A stretch of DNA of 63,446 bases, filler included, from Octopus bimaculoides (taxonomy: Eukaryota), in the NCBI RefSeq assembly GCF_001194135.2. It is 10 parts of 9 records of this genome, joined end to end, with 100 filler letters (N's around TTAATTAATTAA, not from the genome) between each part and the next. Parts side by side here need not be neighbours in the genome. Positions count along the whole stretch, not along the records: positions 1 to 11,943 come from NC_069002.1; positions 12,044 to 27,382 come from NC_068997.1; 8 more parts are not named here. One strand, written 5' to 3'. Shown in pieces: positions 1-12,311 of the stretch. A model generated the notes under the pieces. The model saw only the letters and a list, made by a program, of their open reading frames with translations, was not told the DNA's origin and did not search any database. The position numbers and the translations under genes were made by a program. Position 1 is the stretch's first letter; each line of letters begins with the position of its first letter.

Positions 1-28
1 TTATTATTATCATTATTATTATTATTAT

Positions 29-575
29 TGAGTGAGAGAGCAGTGCATGCCATCAAAGTGACACTGGGGGAAAATATACGAAGCCCAATATACCCATCAT
101 GACTACCCGTCTGATAAGGGTACACCAAGCACATGCATCACAACCATATGTTTGTGACATGGTGATTTCATATGAAGATAAACAGCACATGACCTCGCAG
201 GTGGGGCCCAGTTGAAATTTTCTTCAGGTCGAGTAGCCCATCTTGCTCAAAAGGTCCCTGAATAAGGTTTGTTTAAGGATGTTGAGCAAAGCACCCATGT
301 TTCCAAAGGTGAATTATTCAAACCCCAAAGAATTCCTCTCAACACATGGCTATGATGCTCCCCCACTGCTTCTGCTCATGATCAGAGATGCACATGTCGT
401 CAGCCACCAAGGGCCATGCTCAACTGGTTAAGGTCAAACAACTGACAAGAAAATCTGTGGTTTTGAGTAGAATATTTACTGTAGCCCATCTTTTTATACC
501 AAAACAAAACATGTACATGATAACACTTCCAATCAATTAAGATCAGAAGCCATGAGAGCCACTGCCTGGTACTGC
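29..575 (-). mobile_element. Unclassified ~550-bp interspersed repeat ('element X') inserted in (TTA)n, copy 1
   Basis: Reverse complement of 57275-57897 and 59708-60263; microsatellite on both flanks; no TIR, tRNA head or credible ORF. Confidence 0.85.
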
Positions 576-620
<45 letters not shown>

Positions 621-639
621 CATTACTGTTATTATTATT

Positions 640-790
640 TCGTCTGAGTTTGAATTCCACCAAGGTCGACTTTGCCTTTCATCCTTTCGGAATCAATAAA
701 ATAAGTACCAGTAGAAAACTGGGGTCAATGTAAGCAACTAGACCCCTCTCCCTAAATTTCAGGCCTTGTCCCTATAGTAGAAAGGATTAT
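640..790 (+). mobile_element. SINE 3' portion (family with gagttcaaattc...gtcgactttgcctttcatcc...aagtaccag...aggccttgtgcc body)
   Basis: Same sequence recurs at about 870-955, 1355-1450, 20985-21165, 22255-22470, 44598-44810 and 58140-58500. Confidence 0.75.
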
Positions 791-969
791 TATTATTACT
801 ATTATTATTATTATCATTATTATTATTATTATCATTATCATCATCATCGTTGTTGTTCTTGTTGTTGCAAAATGCTCAATGGCATTCTTCATTACACTCT
901 GAGTTCAAATTCTGCTGAGGTTGACTTTGCCTTTCACCCTTTTGGGGTTAATAAAATTGTTGTTGTTGT

Positions 970-1352
970 TGGCACTCCGTCGCTTATGATGTCGAGGGTT
1001 CCAGTTGATCCGATCAACGGAACAGCCCACTCGTGAAACTAACATGCAAGTGGCTGAGCACTCCACAGACACGTGTACCCTTAACATAGTTCTCGGGGAT
1101 ATTCAGCGTGACACAGTGTGACAAGGCTGACCCTTTGAATTACAGGCACAACAGAAACAGGAAGTAAGAGTGAGAGTGAGAGAAAGTTGTGGTGGAATAG
1201 TACAGCAGGGTTCGCCACCATCCCCTGCCGGAGCCTCGTGGAGCTTTAGGTGTTTTCGCTCAATAAACACTCACAGCGCCCGGTCTGGGAATCGAAACCG
1301 TGATCGTATGACCGCGAGTCCGCTGCCCCAACCACTGGGCCATTGCACCTCC
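970..1352 (-). mobile_element. tRNA-derived SINE, near full length
   Basis: Minus strand starts GTGGAGGTGCAATGGCCCAGTGGTTAGGGCAGCGGACTCGCGGTC...GGTTTCGATTCCC (A/B-box tRNA-like head); related pieces at 28890-29075, 41095-41362, 44345-44590 and an old copy at 7790-7935. Confidence 0.8.
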
Positions 1353-1846
1353 ACTGGTTAATAAAATAAGTACCAGTAAAACACTGGGGCTCGATATAAC
1401 TAGTTTACCCCCTTTACTTGAAATTGCTGACCTTGTGCCAAGATTTGAAATTATCATCATCACCATTATTGTTCTTCTTATTATTATTGTTATTGTTATC
1501 ATTATTATTATTGTTATCATTATTATTATTATTACTATTATACAAAGTGAAAACTTCAGCTGCAACAACAACAATAAAGGTGGTTGCTGTTATTGTTGTT
1601 GTTGTTGCTATTTCAAATATATATTCTGAGTGAAAACTATTTTCTTGACCTGACCTTTCTTCTGTTGTCGATTAATCAGAGATGAAATAGTTTTAAATGG
1701 AATTTATTTTTAGTTTAACAAAATAACAAAGAAATAACAAAAAAAAAAAAACTAAAAAAAACACGATGATGGTGACATTAACAATTTGTAAAGAGTTTGA
1801 TGTTGAAAATGTTGTTGTTGTTGTTGTTGAGGCCTAGGCCAGGCCT

Positions 1847-2482
1847 GATTGAGCAGACTTATGACTATAGAGACTTATGACTGAGAAGACTTGGGACTGA
1901 GCAGACTTATGATCGAGCAGGCTTATGACTGAGCAAATTTATGATTGAGCAGACTTCTGACTGAGTGTACTTATGATTCAGTGTACTAATGATTGAGCCG
2001 ACTTATAATTGAGTGCACTTATGACTGAGCTGACTTATGACTGAGCAGGCTTGTGATTGAGCTGACTTATGATTGAGCATACTTATGATCAAGCTGACTT
2101 ATGACTGGGCAGACTTGGGACTGAGCGGACTTATGATCGAGCAGGTTTATGACTGAGCAAATTTATGATTGAGCAGACTTCTGACTGAGTGTACTTATGA
2201 TTCAGTGTACTAATGATTGAGCATACCTATGACTAAGCTGACTTATAACTGAGCAGGCTTGTGATTGAGCTGACTTATGATCTTTTGATTGATGTGACTA
2301 ATGGTTGAAGAGACTGATGATTGAGCTGACTTATGATTGAGCAAACTTATGATTGAGCAAACTTATGATTGAGCATACTTATGATCAAGCTGACTTATGA
2401 CTGGGCAGACTTATGATTGAGCAGAGTTACAGCCATGCAGAATTACAACTGAGCAGACTTATGACCAAGCAGACTTATGATT
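1847..2482 (+). repeat. 16-bp minisatellite (consensus GATTGAGCAGACTTAT), about 40 units, with a 224-bp higher-order duplication
   Basis: Direct reading; the variant block gacttgggactgagc..gatcgagcagg..gagcaaattt..gagtgtac recurs at 1888 and 2112. Confidence 0.9.
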
Positions 2483-2694
2483 AAGTTATTCCAGGCATCT
2501 TCATCTCATCATTGTTGATGTTGCTATTGTTGCTGTTCAACCCTGAATGAGCAGTCCCAATATAATCAAAAGCATTCTGACCATGACCATCTCTCCTGTT
2601 TAGTATATCCAGGAGTACCTCGTTTAATGTTACCTTCCCTCACTTAAGGTGGTACAGCGTGATTTGGCAGCTATTTCTAGCAGGTTGAACATTA

Positions 2695-3252
2695 ATATCC
2701 AAAACACTTTTTAGAAATATTGAATCTACCCCAGTATTTTACTGGTACTTTGAATTGTTTTAGACTTCTATTTTTCCTCCATTAATATCCAGGTTGCTTT
2801 GTAGGAATATTGAACTACCCCAGTATTTTACTGGTATTTTATTTCATCATAGTCTTCACACCTTGGATGCTTTACAGGAATAATAAATCTACCTCAGTAT
2901 TTTACTGGTACTTTATTTTATCATAGTCTTTTATTATAATTCCATTTATATCCAGGATACTTAAAAAGAATATGAAATCTACTCCCAGTATTTTACTGGT
3001 ACTTTAAATTATCTTAGTCTTTTATTGTAAGTCCATTCGTATCCAAGATTTGCTTTCTAGGAATATTAAATCTACCCCAGTAATTTACTGGTATTTTATT
3101 TCATCATAATCTCCACATCTTGGACGTTTTCTAGGAATATCAAATCAACCCCCCAGTATTTTACTGGTACTTTAAATTATCTTAGTCTTCTATTATAATT
3201 CTATTATTATCCAGGATGCTTTTATGAATTTTGAATCTACCCCAGTATTTTA
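2695..3252 (+). repeat. Tandem array of seven 74-92 bp units anchored on gaatattgaatctaccccagtattttactggta
   Basis: Anchor CCAGT at about 2731, 2820, 2894, 2985, 3077, 3153 and 3242. Confidence 0.85.
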
Positions 3253-3643
3253 TTTTGTTGATCACTACAGTGCCAAAAGCTGAAGTTGACCTTCATAAGA
3301 TTTTGACTCAAAACTTTAAGAACCATAGTTAAATGCTGCTGGCATTTTGTACGATGCACCACCAATTCTTACAAATATAACTGAATTTTTTTTTCAGTTT
3401 TTTTATTATTCTTTTACTTGTTTCAGTCATTTGACTGTGGCCATGCTGGAGCACCACCTTGAAGGGGGGTTTTAGTCGAACAAATCATCCTCGGGACTTA
3501 TTTTTTAAAGCCCAGTACTTATCATATCGGTCTCTGTTTGCCGAACTTCTAAGTTATGGGGACATAAATACACCAACAATGGTTGTCAAGTGACGATGGG
3601 ATGAGGAACAATCAGAGATACAAAGACACACACACATAGATAT

Positions 3644-3720
<77 letters not shown>

Positions 3721-3721
3721 C

Positions 3722-4042
3722 AATGGGCTACTTTCAGTTTCTGTCTACTAAATCCATTCACAAAGCTTTGGTTGGCCGAAGGTTATAATGGAAGACACTT
3801 GTCAAAGGTGTCATGCAGTAGGACTGAACCTGGCAACATGTGGTTAAGAAGCAAGCTTCTTACCACACAGCCATGCCTGAAAGAAGATGGGCTTCTTTTC
3901 AGTTTCCATCTACCGAATCTACTCACAAAGCTTTGGTCGTCCCAAGGCTATAGTAGAAGACACTTGCCCAAGGTGTCATGCAGTGGGACTGAACCCTGAA
4001 CCATGTGGTTGGTAAGCAAGCTACCTACCATGCAGCTATGCC
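3722..4042 (-). mobile_element. Two tandem copies of the abundant tRNA-derived (OK-like) SINE
   Basis: Reverse complement of ggctgtgtggtaag(t/a)agcttgctt...cagtcccactgc...gtgtcttct...gaaactgaaagaagccc; copies at about 3722-3876 and 3885-4042. Confidence 0.8.
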
Positions 4043-4049
4043 TATTGTC

Positions 4050-4720
4050 ATTACTGATGTTGTTGTTGTTGTTGTTGTTGCTGTTGTTCTTTTCAGCAGC
4101 ATTTCAGCTTTTATTGTTTCCAATTTTGTTAAGATTGATGTTGTTAGTTTCTTCCCACTCAGTCATGTGCGAATGTTGCTGTTACCGTTGTTGTTGTTGT
4201 TGTTGTTACTGTTTTTGCTGCTGTTGTTGTTGTCAATGTTGTTGTCGTTGTTGTTGTTGTTGTTGTCGATGTTGCTGTGATATTAAATGTTAATGTTATC
4301 AACAGTCTTGTTTTCCTTAATAATCACACGTGTTGTTTTGTTAATGTAGTCTCTGCTGTCAATATTGTTATTGTTGTTGTTGTTGTTCATGTTGATGTTG
4401 GTGCTTTTCAAGTTGTTGTTGTTGTTGTTGTTGTTATTGATTTCAATGTTGCTGCCACTCTTGATAGTCTTATTGTTATCATCATCATCTTCATCACCAC
4501 CACTGCCACCACCACCACCACCATCATCGTCATCATCACCACTGCCACCGCTATCATCACCATCATCACCTTCATTATTATTATCATTGTTAATATTATT
4601 ATTGTTATTATTATTATTACTGTTGTTGTTGTTGTTGTTGATAATGTTGATTTAACTGTTATTGTTATCAAAATTGTTTGTTTTCATCGAGACAGCTGCT
4701 GTGGTTGTCGTTGTTGTTGT
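4050..4720. repeat. Compound (GTT)n/(CAT)n/(CAC)n/(ATT)n microsatellite tract
   Basis: Direct reading; explains the poly-L/V/S/P ORFs. Confidence 0.9.
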
Positions 4721-4986
4721 AATCGTTAATGTTGCAAATGTGTCTAATGTGTAGATTACCGACATTTGATATAACCATCACACACACACACAAACACATA
4801 TGCAAACACACACAAGAAACTGGCAACTCACTATACACTTCATCAACTCTGACATCAACGAACACACCATACAAGCGCGCAGTATAATCCATCGCATTTC
4901 ATCTGCGCAGATTACTGATATAAACATTCATCCATATATATATTTGTGTATGGATATATATATATACACACACACATGTATATATA

Positions 4987-5126
<140 letters not shown>

Positions 5127-5667
5127 AGGGTATTTCTAAAGTTATATGCACTCTTGTTTCTGTAATTTATTAACACAAAAGCAGGTGTTGAACATTACAT
5201 CATTTACTTCCTTGCTTTTTGATGCACTCCTTCCAGTGGTCCACAAACTTGCCGATTCCACTGGAGAAGAAGGTTTCTTACTTAGCTAGTGCAGCCATTC
5301 ATGCACTGCTTCCTGTGTTCTTGAGCAAAACACTCCATTTCATGTTGCTCCAGTCAACTCAGCTGGCAAAAGTGATTAATCCTGTGATGGACTAGGGTCC
5401 CATCCAGGTGGTGAACATACATGCCATGGAAACTGACAAACTGGTGCTTATGAGTCAGCATGACTCGAGAAGGTAACTTTTCCTCGTTCACCACTTTCTG
5501 TGCTTCTTTATCAATAGCAAATCGTTGACCTCGTTAAGGACGTTTAAGCAATTCAAAGATGTAATAGGCAGAAGGGGCAAGAGCTAGACTGTACGTAGGG
5601 TGTTCCAGCTACTCAAAATCTAATTTTACAATGGTGTAGGCATCCACATGTCGGTGTGCATCATTAA

Positions 5668-6284
5668 CCCTTTCGTTACCAAACCGCCCAACGCTGCCCA
5701 AAAAAAATTGGGGTTCATGTGACCAAGCTGCCCAAAACCGCCCGTAATCACCTATTCATATTTAAATGAGAATAACCGAGCAAATCTCGTTAGTACATTC
5801 GTGAAAACACGTGATTATTTGTGTAAACAGTATATGCCAGGAAAGCCCACAAAATGGGGGATCAAAGTTTGGAAGATTTGTGAATCAAATACTGGGTACT
5901 GCTCTGGATTTGAATTTTATACTGGCAAAAGAGACAGTAATGAATCCAGTAATGTGCACAACTCTTCTATAATAATATTTTGTTGTATACCCAATTGAAT
6001 ATTAGTTAATAACCCATTTTCTATAGTGCTGTTTGAACAAAAATTTTAATAATTTTATATTTTGTTGAATTTACCTGTTATTAGAGTCACTGTGTGACAA
6101 AAATTTTGGTATAGAATTAGTTGAGAACCTTTCGTTAAATTATCTTCCAAAAATCACATTAATATGTTGATAAATAAAAAAGATAGAGTTGTTTAATGAA
6201 ACCAGACTAAATTTATGATTATGTTAGATATTAATTGAAACACATAAGGGGTGTGTTTTGGTTAGAAATATGGTAACGAAAGGC
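5668..6284 (+). mobile_element. Non-autonomous piggyBac element with a transposase remnant
   Basis: TTAA|CCCTTTCGTTACC ... GGTAACGAAAGGC|TTAA termini; internal peptide KQYMPGKPTKWGIKVWKICESNTGYCSGFEFYTGK (about 5826-5930) matches the piggyBac DDD transposase motif. Confidence 0.9.
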
Positions 6285-6309
6285 TTAAGCAACAGTAACA
6301 CTTACTTTG

Positions 6310-6525
6310 ACAGATAGATCTCAGTGTTTTGCGCATATTACTGGTTTCAGTCTGTTGACCAGCTAGTGACCACTAGTGACCCCTAGTGACTGTAGACCCC
6401 CTTTTCCTGGTTACATTTCTATATAGGCCCTTTTGCATCCCCAAGAATGGTTGGCATCACTTGAATTCCTCTTTTGCTGGTGACTCCAGGTTTTTTCCAC
6501 TCCAAGCTCTGCCTCTTGGATTCTG
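6310..6525 (-). pseudogene. Mariner-type transposase fragment
   Basis: Minus-strand reading SKRQSLEWKKPG..KRG..MPTILGDAKGPI resembles the mariner QSxQWKxPG...VMATVFWDAKGVI segment. Confidence 0.55.
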
Positions 6526-7202
6526 AGCTCAAAGATGATGAAGATGATAATGATGATGATGAAGAGGAGGAGGAGGAGGGCAACAACAAAAATGAAATAC
6601 CATCATTTCCCTCATCATCATCTTCCTGCTTCTTCTTCTTCTTCTCCTCATCATCATCACCAGCACTGTCATCATCATCATCAGTCTAACATTTATGTTT
6701 CAATTTTTGATTTATATCATATTTCCAAATAATTCTTATTACAAAAAATTTTTTTTCTTTTTTGGCATTTGAGAAGCTTCAAAACCAAAGACACACACAC
6801 ACACAAGCATACCTACATACCACAAGCACAGACAGACATACCCCTGCCACTCATATATATGTATTTATTTAAGAATGATGATGATAACGATATTTGTGTA
6901 TATGTTACATATATTATAAATATATACATAATTTCATAATTACGTATATAATTGATGCAGATGGTTTTGTGATTAAATGACTAACTGACGGGTTGGATAG
7001 GGCTGGTCTTTTTCAGAAAAAGAAATCAACCAGCTAACTTACACATCATAAATACAATTTGTAAGCGGAACAGTAAAAATGCGTGAGGCTTTTCTCAAGT
7101 TTAAAATGTGACATTGGTTTTGTTATTTACATTCCAATGATGGAGCTTTGTACCTCTGTTAGAAACCAGCTCTTTCCTCAGAGAAAGTATTTTAATGATT
7201 AA

Positions 7203-7781
7203 CCCATTACCTCCCATAATTTTATTAACTGGAATTATTTTTAATAAACTTTGATTTCTAGCATAAAAGAGCCTTAGAAACACGCTGGAATGATCAAAAT
7301 AGCATTTCAAAATAACATTGTTTATTTACATTTGTCGTAATTTGAATTTAACATATGAGAGCATCTCGTAAAGCGAGATTTATATATCTTAATTTGCAGA
7401 GGAATTTGTAGTGGGTAGTTTAGCTTAATCGGTCAAAACATCGTGACATGTAATCACGGTGATGTGAGTTCGAGTCCACAGGTAGCCACCTACACTTTTC
7501 TCTGCAAAATAAGGGGTAGTTTATCCTGTTCAGGCTATATAATTAGCATTATTCTGCGATTGAGAATTTAATATCACTTCTTTAAATTTCTATTTCAAAA
7601 TAACATTTTAAATAGAAATAAATGAGATATTGGGTGAAAAATTAGCAAACCTCATTTGAATATCAGAGAAATATACCTAGTAGATATAGCAAAAAGGTTA
7701 GATATATGTAAATATTGACAGATAATTACGAAATTTGTAATTTTTAAGTGATCTCATATGAGATCACTGGTAGGTAATGGG
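7203..7781. mobile_element. piggyBac-like MITE; a second copy of its right end finishes at 7956
   Basis: TTAA|CCCATTACCT ... AGGTAATGGG|TTAA; GAGATCACTGGTAGGTAATGGGTTAA occurs twice (about 7760-7785 and 7935-7960). Confidence 0.75.
7414..7487 (+). tRNA. tRNA-Thr(TGT)-like pseudogene inside the piggyBac MITE
   Basis: TAGCTTAATCGGTC D-arm, CGTGA/TCACG anticodon stem with loop CATGTAA, GTTCGAGTCC T-loop; acceptor stem pairs only 5/7, U33 is A, T-stem imperfect. Confidence 0.55.
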
Positions 7782-8321
7782 TTAATTTGTGATACATCTT
7801 AATCAGTTTCGACGATGTGTTAATCAACTGAACAACTAGCTTAATGAATTAGGGTGTAAGTGGTCGAGTATTCCACAGATAGGTGTGCCCATTACGTAAT
7901 TCTCGAGCAAAATCAGCTTCATTCAATGAGGGACGAGATCACTGGTAGGTAATGGGTTAATAATAGAAGAGGACATACATACAAACATACATACATGCTG
8001 TTGTAAAGCATTCTTTTACCACTGTTGTATTTGACTTTTGATGACGATTGTCACTCTGACAGATATTGTTATATTCCGAAGTCATCGATAGGATGGTTCT
8101 ATCTGGCACTGTGCGACCCCCAGTTGTACAGTGTTGTTATCCTGTAAAGGTTGGAGTGTTATAATGTCCACTCAATATCACAGTACAATTACTATACCAG
8201 CACAGACACAACTATCAACACTGTCAAGCCATCCAGCCTATAATAGCATTGAAAGCAGATGTTAAATGGTGATGATGATGATGACATTTATATGTATATA
8301 TGTATGTATAATATAAATATT

Positions 8322-8470
8322 ATGTGTGGTAAGAAGCTTGCTTCCCAACCACATGGTTCCAGGTTGAGTTTCACTGCATAGCACCTTGGGAAAGTCTTCT
8401 ACTATAACCTTGGGCTGACCAAAGCCTTGTGAGTGGAATTGGTAGACAGAAACTGAAAAAAGGCTGTTGT
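8322..8470 (+). mobile_element. OK-like tRNA-derived SINE
   Basis: tgtgtggtaagaagcttgcttcccaaccacatggttcc...ggaaactgaaa; matches other copies in the window. Confidence 0.8.
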
Positions 8471-8763
8471 ATATATATATATATCTATGTGTGTGTGCCT
8501 TTATGTCTCTGTTTGTCCCTCCCCCTATCACTGTTATGTTGGCAAATGATCTTTATTCTGGAATACTGTTACTGAATGTTTCTTGTTTAGAAATTTAAAA
8601 ATAACAATTTTCTATTTATTATATATATATGTATGTATGTATATGTATATATATATACATTCATATATGCATATATGTACGTGCATATGTGTGTGTCTGT
8701 CTGTAAATGTGTGCGTATATATATATATATATTTAGATATATGCATATACATATACACACACT

Positions 8764-8807
<44 letters not shown>

Positions 8808-10177
8808 CAAAATTTCTATTTAGCAAGTGACATGAATGACAAAGCAGATGATATGATAAAGTCTTGTGCGTTTGATGTGTGGTCCTCTGCAAAGAACACA
8901 CAATTGACTCCACAGAATGTTACCAAATATGACAATTTTGCTGATGTGTAGTGGTGGATGGGGGGAGGAGAAGTGGAGGGGGGGGGAAGGATTGGAGTTA
9001 AATTTCAAGAATTCTTTTCCAGTTTTTCATAGATGTTGGCGTATAAGAATTTCATGTTTTAAACATGTGTGGATGTGTGTCTTCGTGTGAGTAAGCGTGT
9101 GTGTGGTCTTATGCGTGTGTTTGCATGTGTTTAATGTGTGTGCATGTTTGTTTATTTATTTGTCTGTCTGTCTGTCTGTCTGTATGTATGTCTCTTTTNN
9201 NNNNNNNNNNNNNNNNNNNNNNNNNNNNNNNNNNNNNNNNNNNNNNNNNNNNNNNNNNNNNNNNNNNNNNNNNNNNNNNNNNNNNNNNNNNNNNNNNNNN
9301 NNNNNNNNNNNNNNNNNNNNNNNNNNNNNNNNNNNNNNNNNNNNNNNNNNNNNNNNNNNNNNNNNNNNNNNNNNNNNNNNNNNNNNNNNNNNNNNNNNNN
9401 NNNNNNNNNNNNNNNNNNNNNNNNNNNNNNNNNNNNNNNNNNNNNNNNNNNNNNNNNNNNNNNNNNNNNNNNNNNNNNNNNNNNNNNNNNNNNNNNNNNN
9501 NNNNNNNNNNNNNTATGTTTATGTGTATGTATGTGTTTTATGTGTGTGTGTGCTTGTGTATTTATATATGTATGTAAGCACGTATTTCCATATGTATGTG
9601 CGTGCGTGTATATTTGTGTATGTATTTGTCTATATATGTATGTATGCATATGTTTCATGTGTTTGTTTGTGTATGTATTTATGTGTGTATTTGCATATTG
9701 TTTATATGTATATGTGTGTGTGTGTTGTGTATGTATGTATGTGTGTGAGTTTGTGTGTTTGTGTATCTGTTCATATATAAGTGTTAGTGTCTTTGTATAT
9801 ATGTGAGTTTGGGCGTATGTGTTTTTGTGTGTGTTTTCTGTTTATAATTTACTGTTTAGTTGTTTCAGTCATTTGTATGTGGCCATGCTGGGGCACTGCC
9901 TTGAAGAATTTTAGTTGAATGAACTGATCCCCCACCCAGGAATTTTGTTTTGTTTTGTTAAAAGCCTGTTACTTATTCTATCAGCCACTTTTTGCCGAAC
10001 TACTAAGTTATGGGGATATAAACACACCAACACCAGTTGTCAAGCAGTGCTGGAGGACAAACACAGACACAAAGACACACATACGCAAACATAGATATAT
10101 ATACATAAATACACACACATACACATACGTATATATATATTTATATATATATATATACACAGACACACACATAGATG

Positions 10178-10210
<33 letters not shown>

Positions 10211-10238
10211 TTATATATATATATATATACATATATAT

Positions 10239-10298
<60 letters not shown>

Positions 10299-10998
10299 GT
10301 GTGTGTATGTATGTATGTATATATATGTTTGTATATACGCTAATATCATGATGCCTATAGCAACCACCTTACCATGATTTATATTAACAATTCTAAGTAA
10401 GCCTTATTTATCTATTAATGATTGTCTAAATTGGTAATAATTCCAATATAAAGTGAAGTTAGACATTATGAGAACCAATTTATGGCAGCAAAAGAGAAAC
10501 AGAATCTCTGAAGGGATCTGAAACAACAAAGCCGAAGTTAGCTTTTTTTTTTATTTTTGCTTATTTTGTGATTTATTTGTTTTGTTTGGTCATTAATTGC
10601 TTTATTAATGTGAATTAATTTAATGTAATTTTTATTGTATTTTTCTCTTTAATTCTTGATTTCAAAGGGTCCTTTTTTTTTAAAGGGAAGCTAGTAAGCA
10701 AGTAGAACACAGACAAGGAGGGGGGAGAGAGAGGATGAGAAAAGGAGAGAACAAGAGGGGAGAGATAGTGAGATTGAGAGAGGGAGAGTGAAGGAGAGAG
10801 AGAGAGAGGAAGAGAAAAGAGGAAGGGGAGTGTGGAGAGACAGATTGACAGACAGGCAGAGAAAGAAAGAGAAACAAAGAAAGATGAAGACGGGAAGAGA
10901 GAGAGAGGAAGAGAAAAGATGAGTGAGAGAAAGGGAGAGACGGATGGAGAGACAAACTGACAAATAGAGAAAGAAAATGAAAGATAGAAACAGAGAGG

Positions 10999-11037
<39 letters not shown>

Positions 11038-11236
11038 AAGAAGAAATACTTCATAAGGAAGTGGACAGACAGACATTTTGACTGCCTCTCTTTGGAGGAC
11101 AAGTATGTAAGTTCAAATCACTACTAGTAATCAACTACTTTGTAATTGATTACTAATGGACTGATAGCCAAATTCATAAGAGGAGCTTACTGTGATGGCT
11201 GCATGTTTGTCTGAATCCATATCTTACTCTGAACAT

Positions 11237-11283
<47 letters not shown>

Positions 11284-11286
<3 letters not shown>

Positions 11287-11565
11287 GAGTGGCTGTGTGG
11301 TAAGTAGCTTGCTTACTAACCACACGGTTCCAGGTTCAGTCCCACTGCATGGTATCTTGGGCAAGTGTCTTCTACTATAGCCTCAAGCTGACCAAAGCCT
11401 TGTGAGTGGATTTGGTAGATGGAAACTGAAAGAAGCCTGTCATATATGCATGTGTGTGTATATGTTTGTGTGTCAGTGTTTGTCCCCCCAACATTGCTTG
11501 AAAACCGATGCTGGTATGTTTACATCCCTGTAACTTAGTGGTTTAGCAAAAGAGACTGATAGAAT

Positions 11566-11570
<5 letters not shown>
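11284..11570 (+). mobile_element. OK-like tRNA-derived SINE with 3' tail
   Basis: aggagtggctgtgtggtaagtagcttgc...cagtcccactgc...gaaactgaaagaagcc...gaataagtac; further copies at 31652-31930, 44145-44282, 49452-49612, 50995-51365 (+) and 51722-51847 (-). Confidence 0.85.
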
Positions 11571-11627
<57 letters not shown>

Positions 11628-11849
11628 CATACGTACATAGATACATTGAATACATACCCACATATTCACATTCACCCATATAGATGCACTTGTATGCAGA
11701 CACATATGTCTGTCTGTCTACTTAACTAACTATATATGTGTGTGCATCTATATATCCATATATATATATTTGTGCGTAAATATATATGTATATAAGTCAG
11801 TGTAATTATACATATATATTTATCTGTGTATATATGCATTGATACATCC

Positions 11850-11943
<94 letters not shown>

Positions 11944-12043
11944 NNNNNNNNNNNNNNNNNNNNNNNNNNNNNNNNNNNNNNNNNNNNTTAATTAATTAAN
12001 NNNNNNNNNNNNNNNNNNNNNNNNNNNNNNNNNNNNNNNNNNN
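11944..12043. other. Artificial contig/scaffold spacer N44-TTAATTAATTAA-N44 (six-frame stop linker)
   Basis: Identical 100-bp structure nine times, with the linker at 11988, 27427, 34589, 41498, 43398, 55058, 56359, 59541 and 62238. Confidence 0.95.
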
Positions 12044-12250
12044 CTCATGTACTGAGAAGAGCGTTATCGCTGTGAAAACAACATCCATTCATGAATTTTT
12101 TTTTTTGTTTTCTTAAATACATGTTTTACCTGTGAATTTGCGTGTGTAAACTGGGAATGCATACAACGAGTTTCTCTGCCCTAGGTGTACGGAAAACACT
12201 CGGCGAGAAATGGAAGAAAATTTGAAGAAAGAAGAAAAAATAAACAACAT
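12044..12250 (+). mobile_element. 3' end of an R4/Dong-type RLE retrotransposon (ORF end, 3' UTR, (AAT)n tail)
   Basis: Reads ..HVLRRALSL* (cf. the GTAxILRRVL terminus); the 3' UTR is repeated at 59597-59687; followed by (AAT)n. Confidence 0.7.
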
Positions 12251-12263
12251 AATAATAATAATG

Positions 12264-12309
<46 letters not shown>

Positions 12310-12311
<2 letters not shown>

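Noticed and set aside
2695-3252. CRISPR-like look (conserved anchor plus variable spacers)
   Set aside because: The spacers are homologous to each other, the anchor is SINE-derived, there are no cas genes, and the context is eukaryotic.
6530-6690. Acidic/basic low-complexity ORFs and an apparent hairpin
   Set aside because: (GAT)n/(GAG)n facing (CAT)n/(CTT)n microsatellites; no evidence of coding.
11988-11999. TTAATTAATTAA as a biological motif
   Set aside because: It always sits exactly between two runs of 44 N; it is an artificial six-frame stop linker.
12050-12080. ctgagaagagcgttatcgctgtgaaa as a hammerhead
   Set aside because: The core spacing is wrong; it is better explained as the RLE ORF end LRRALSL*.
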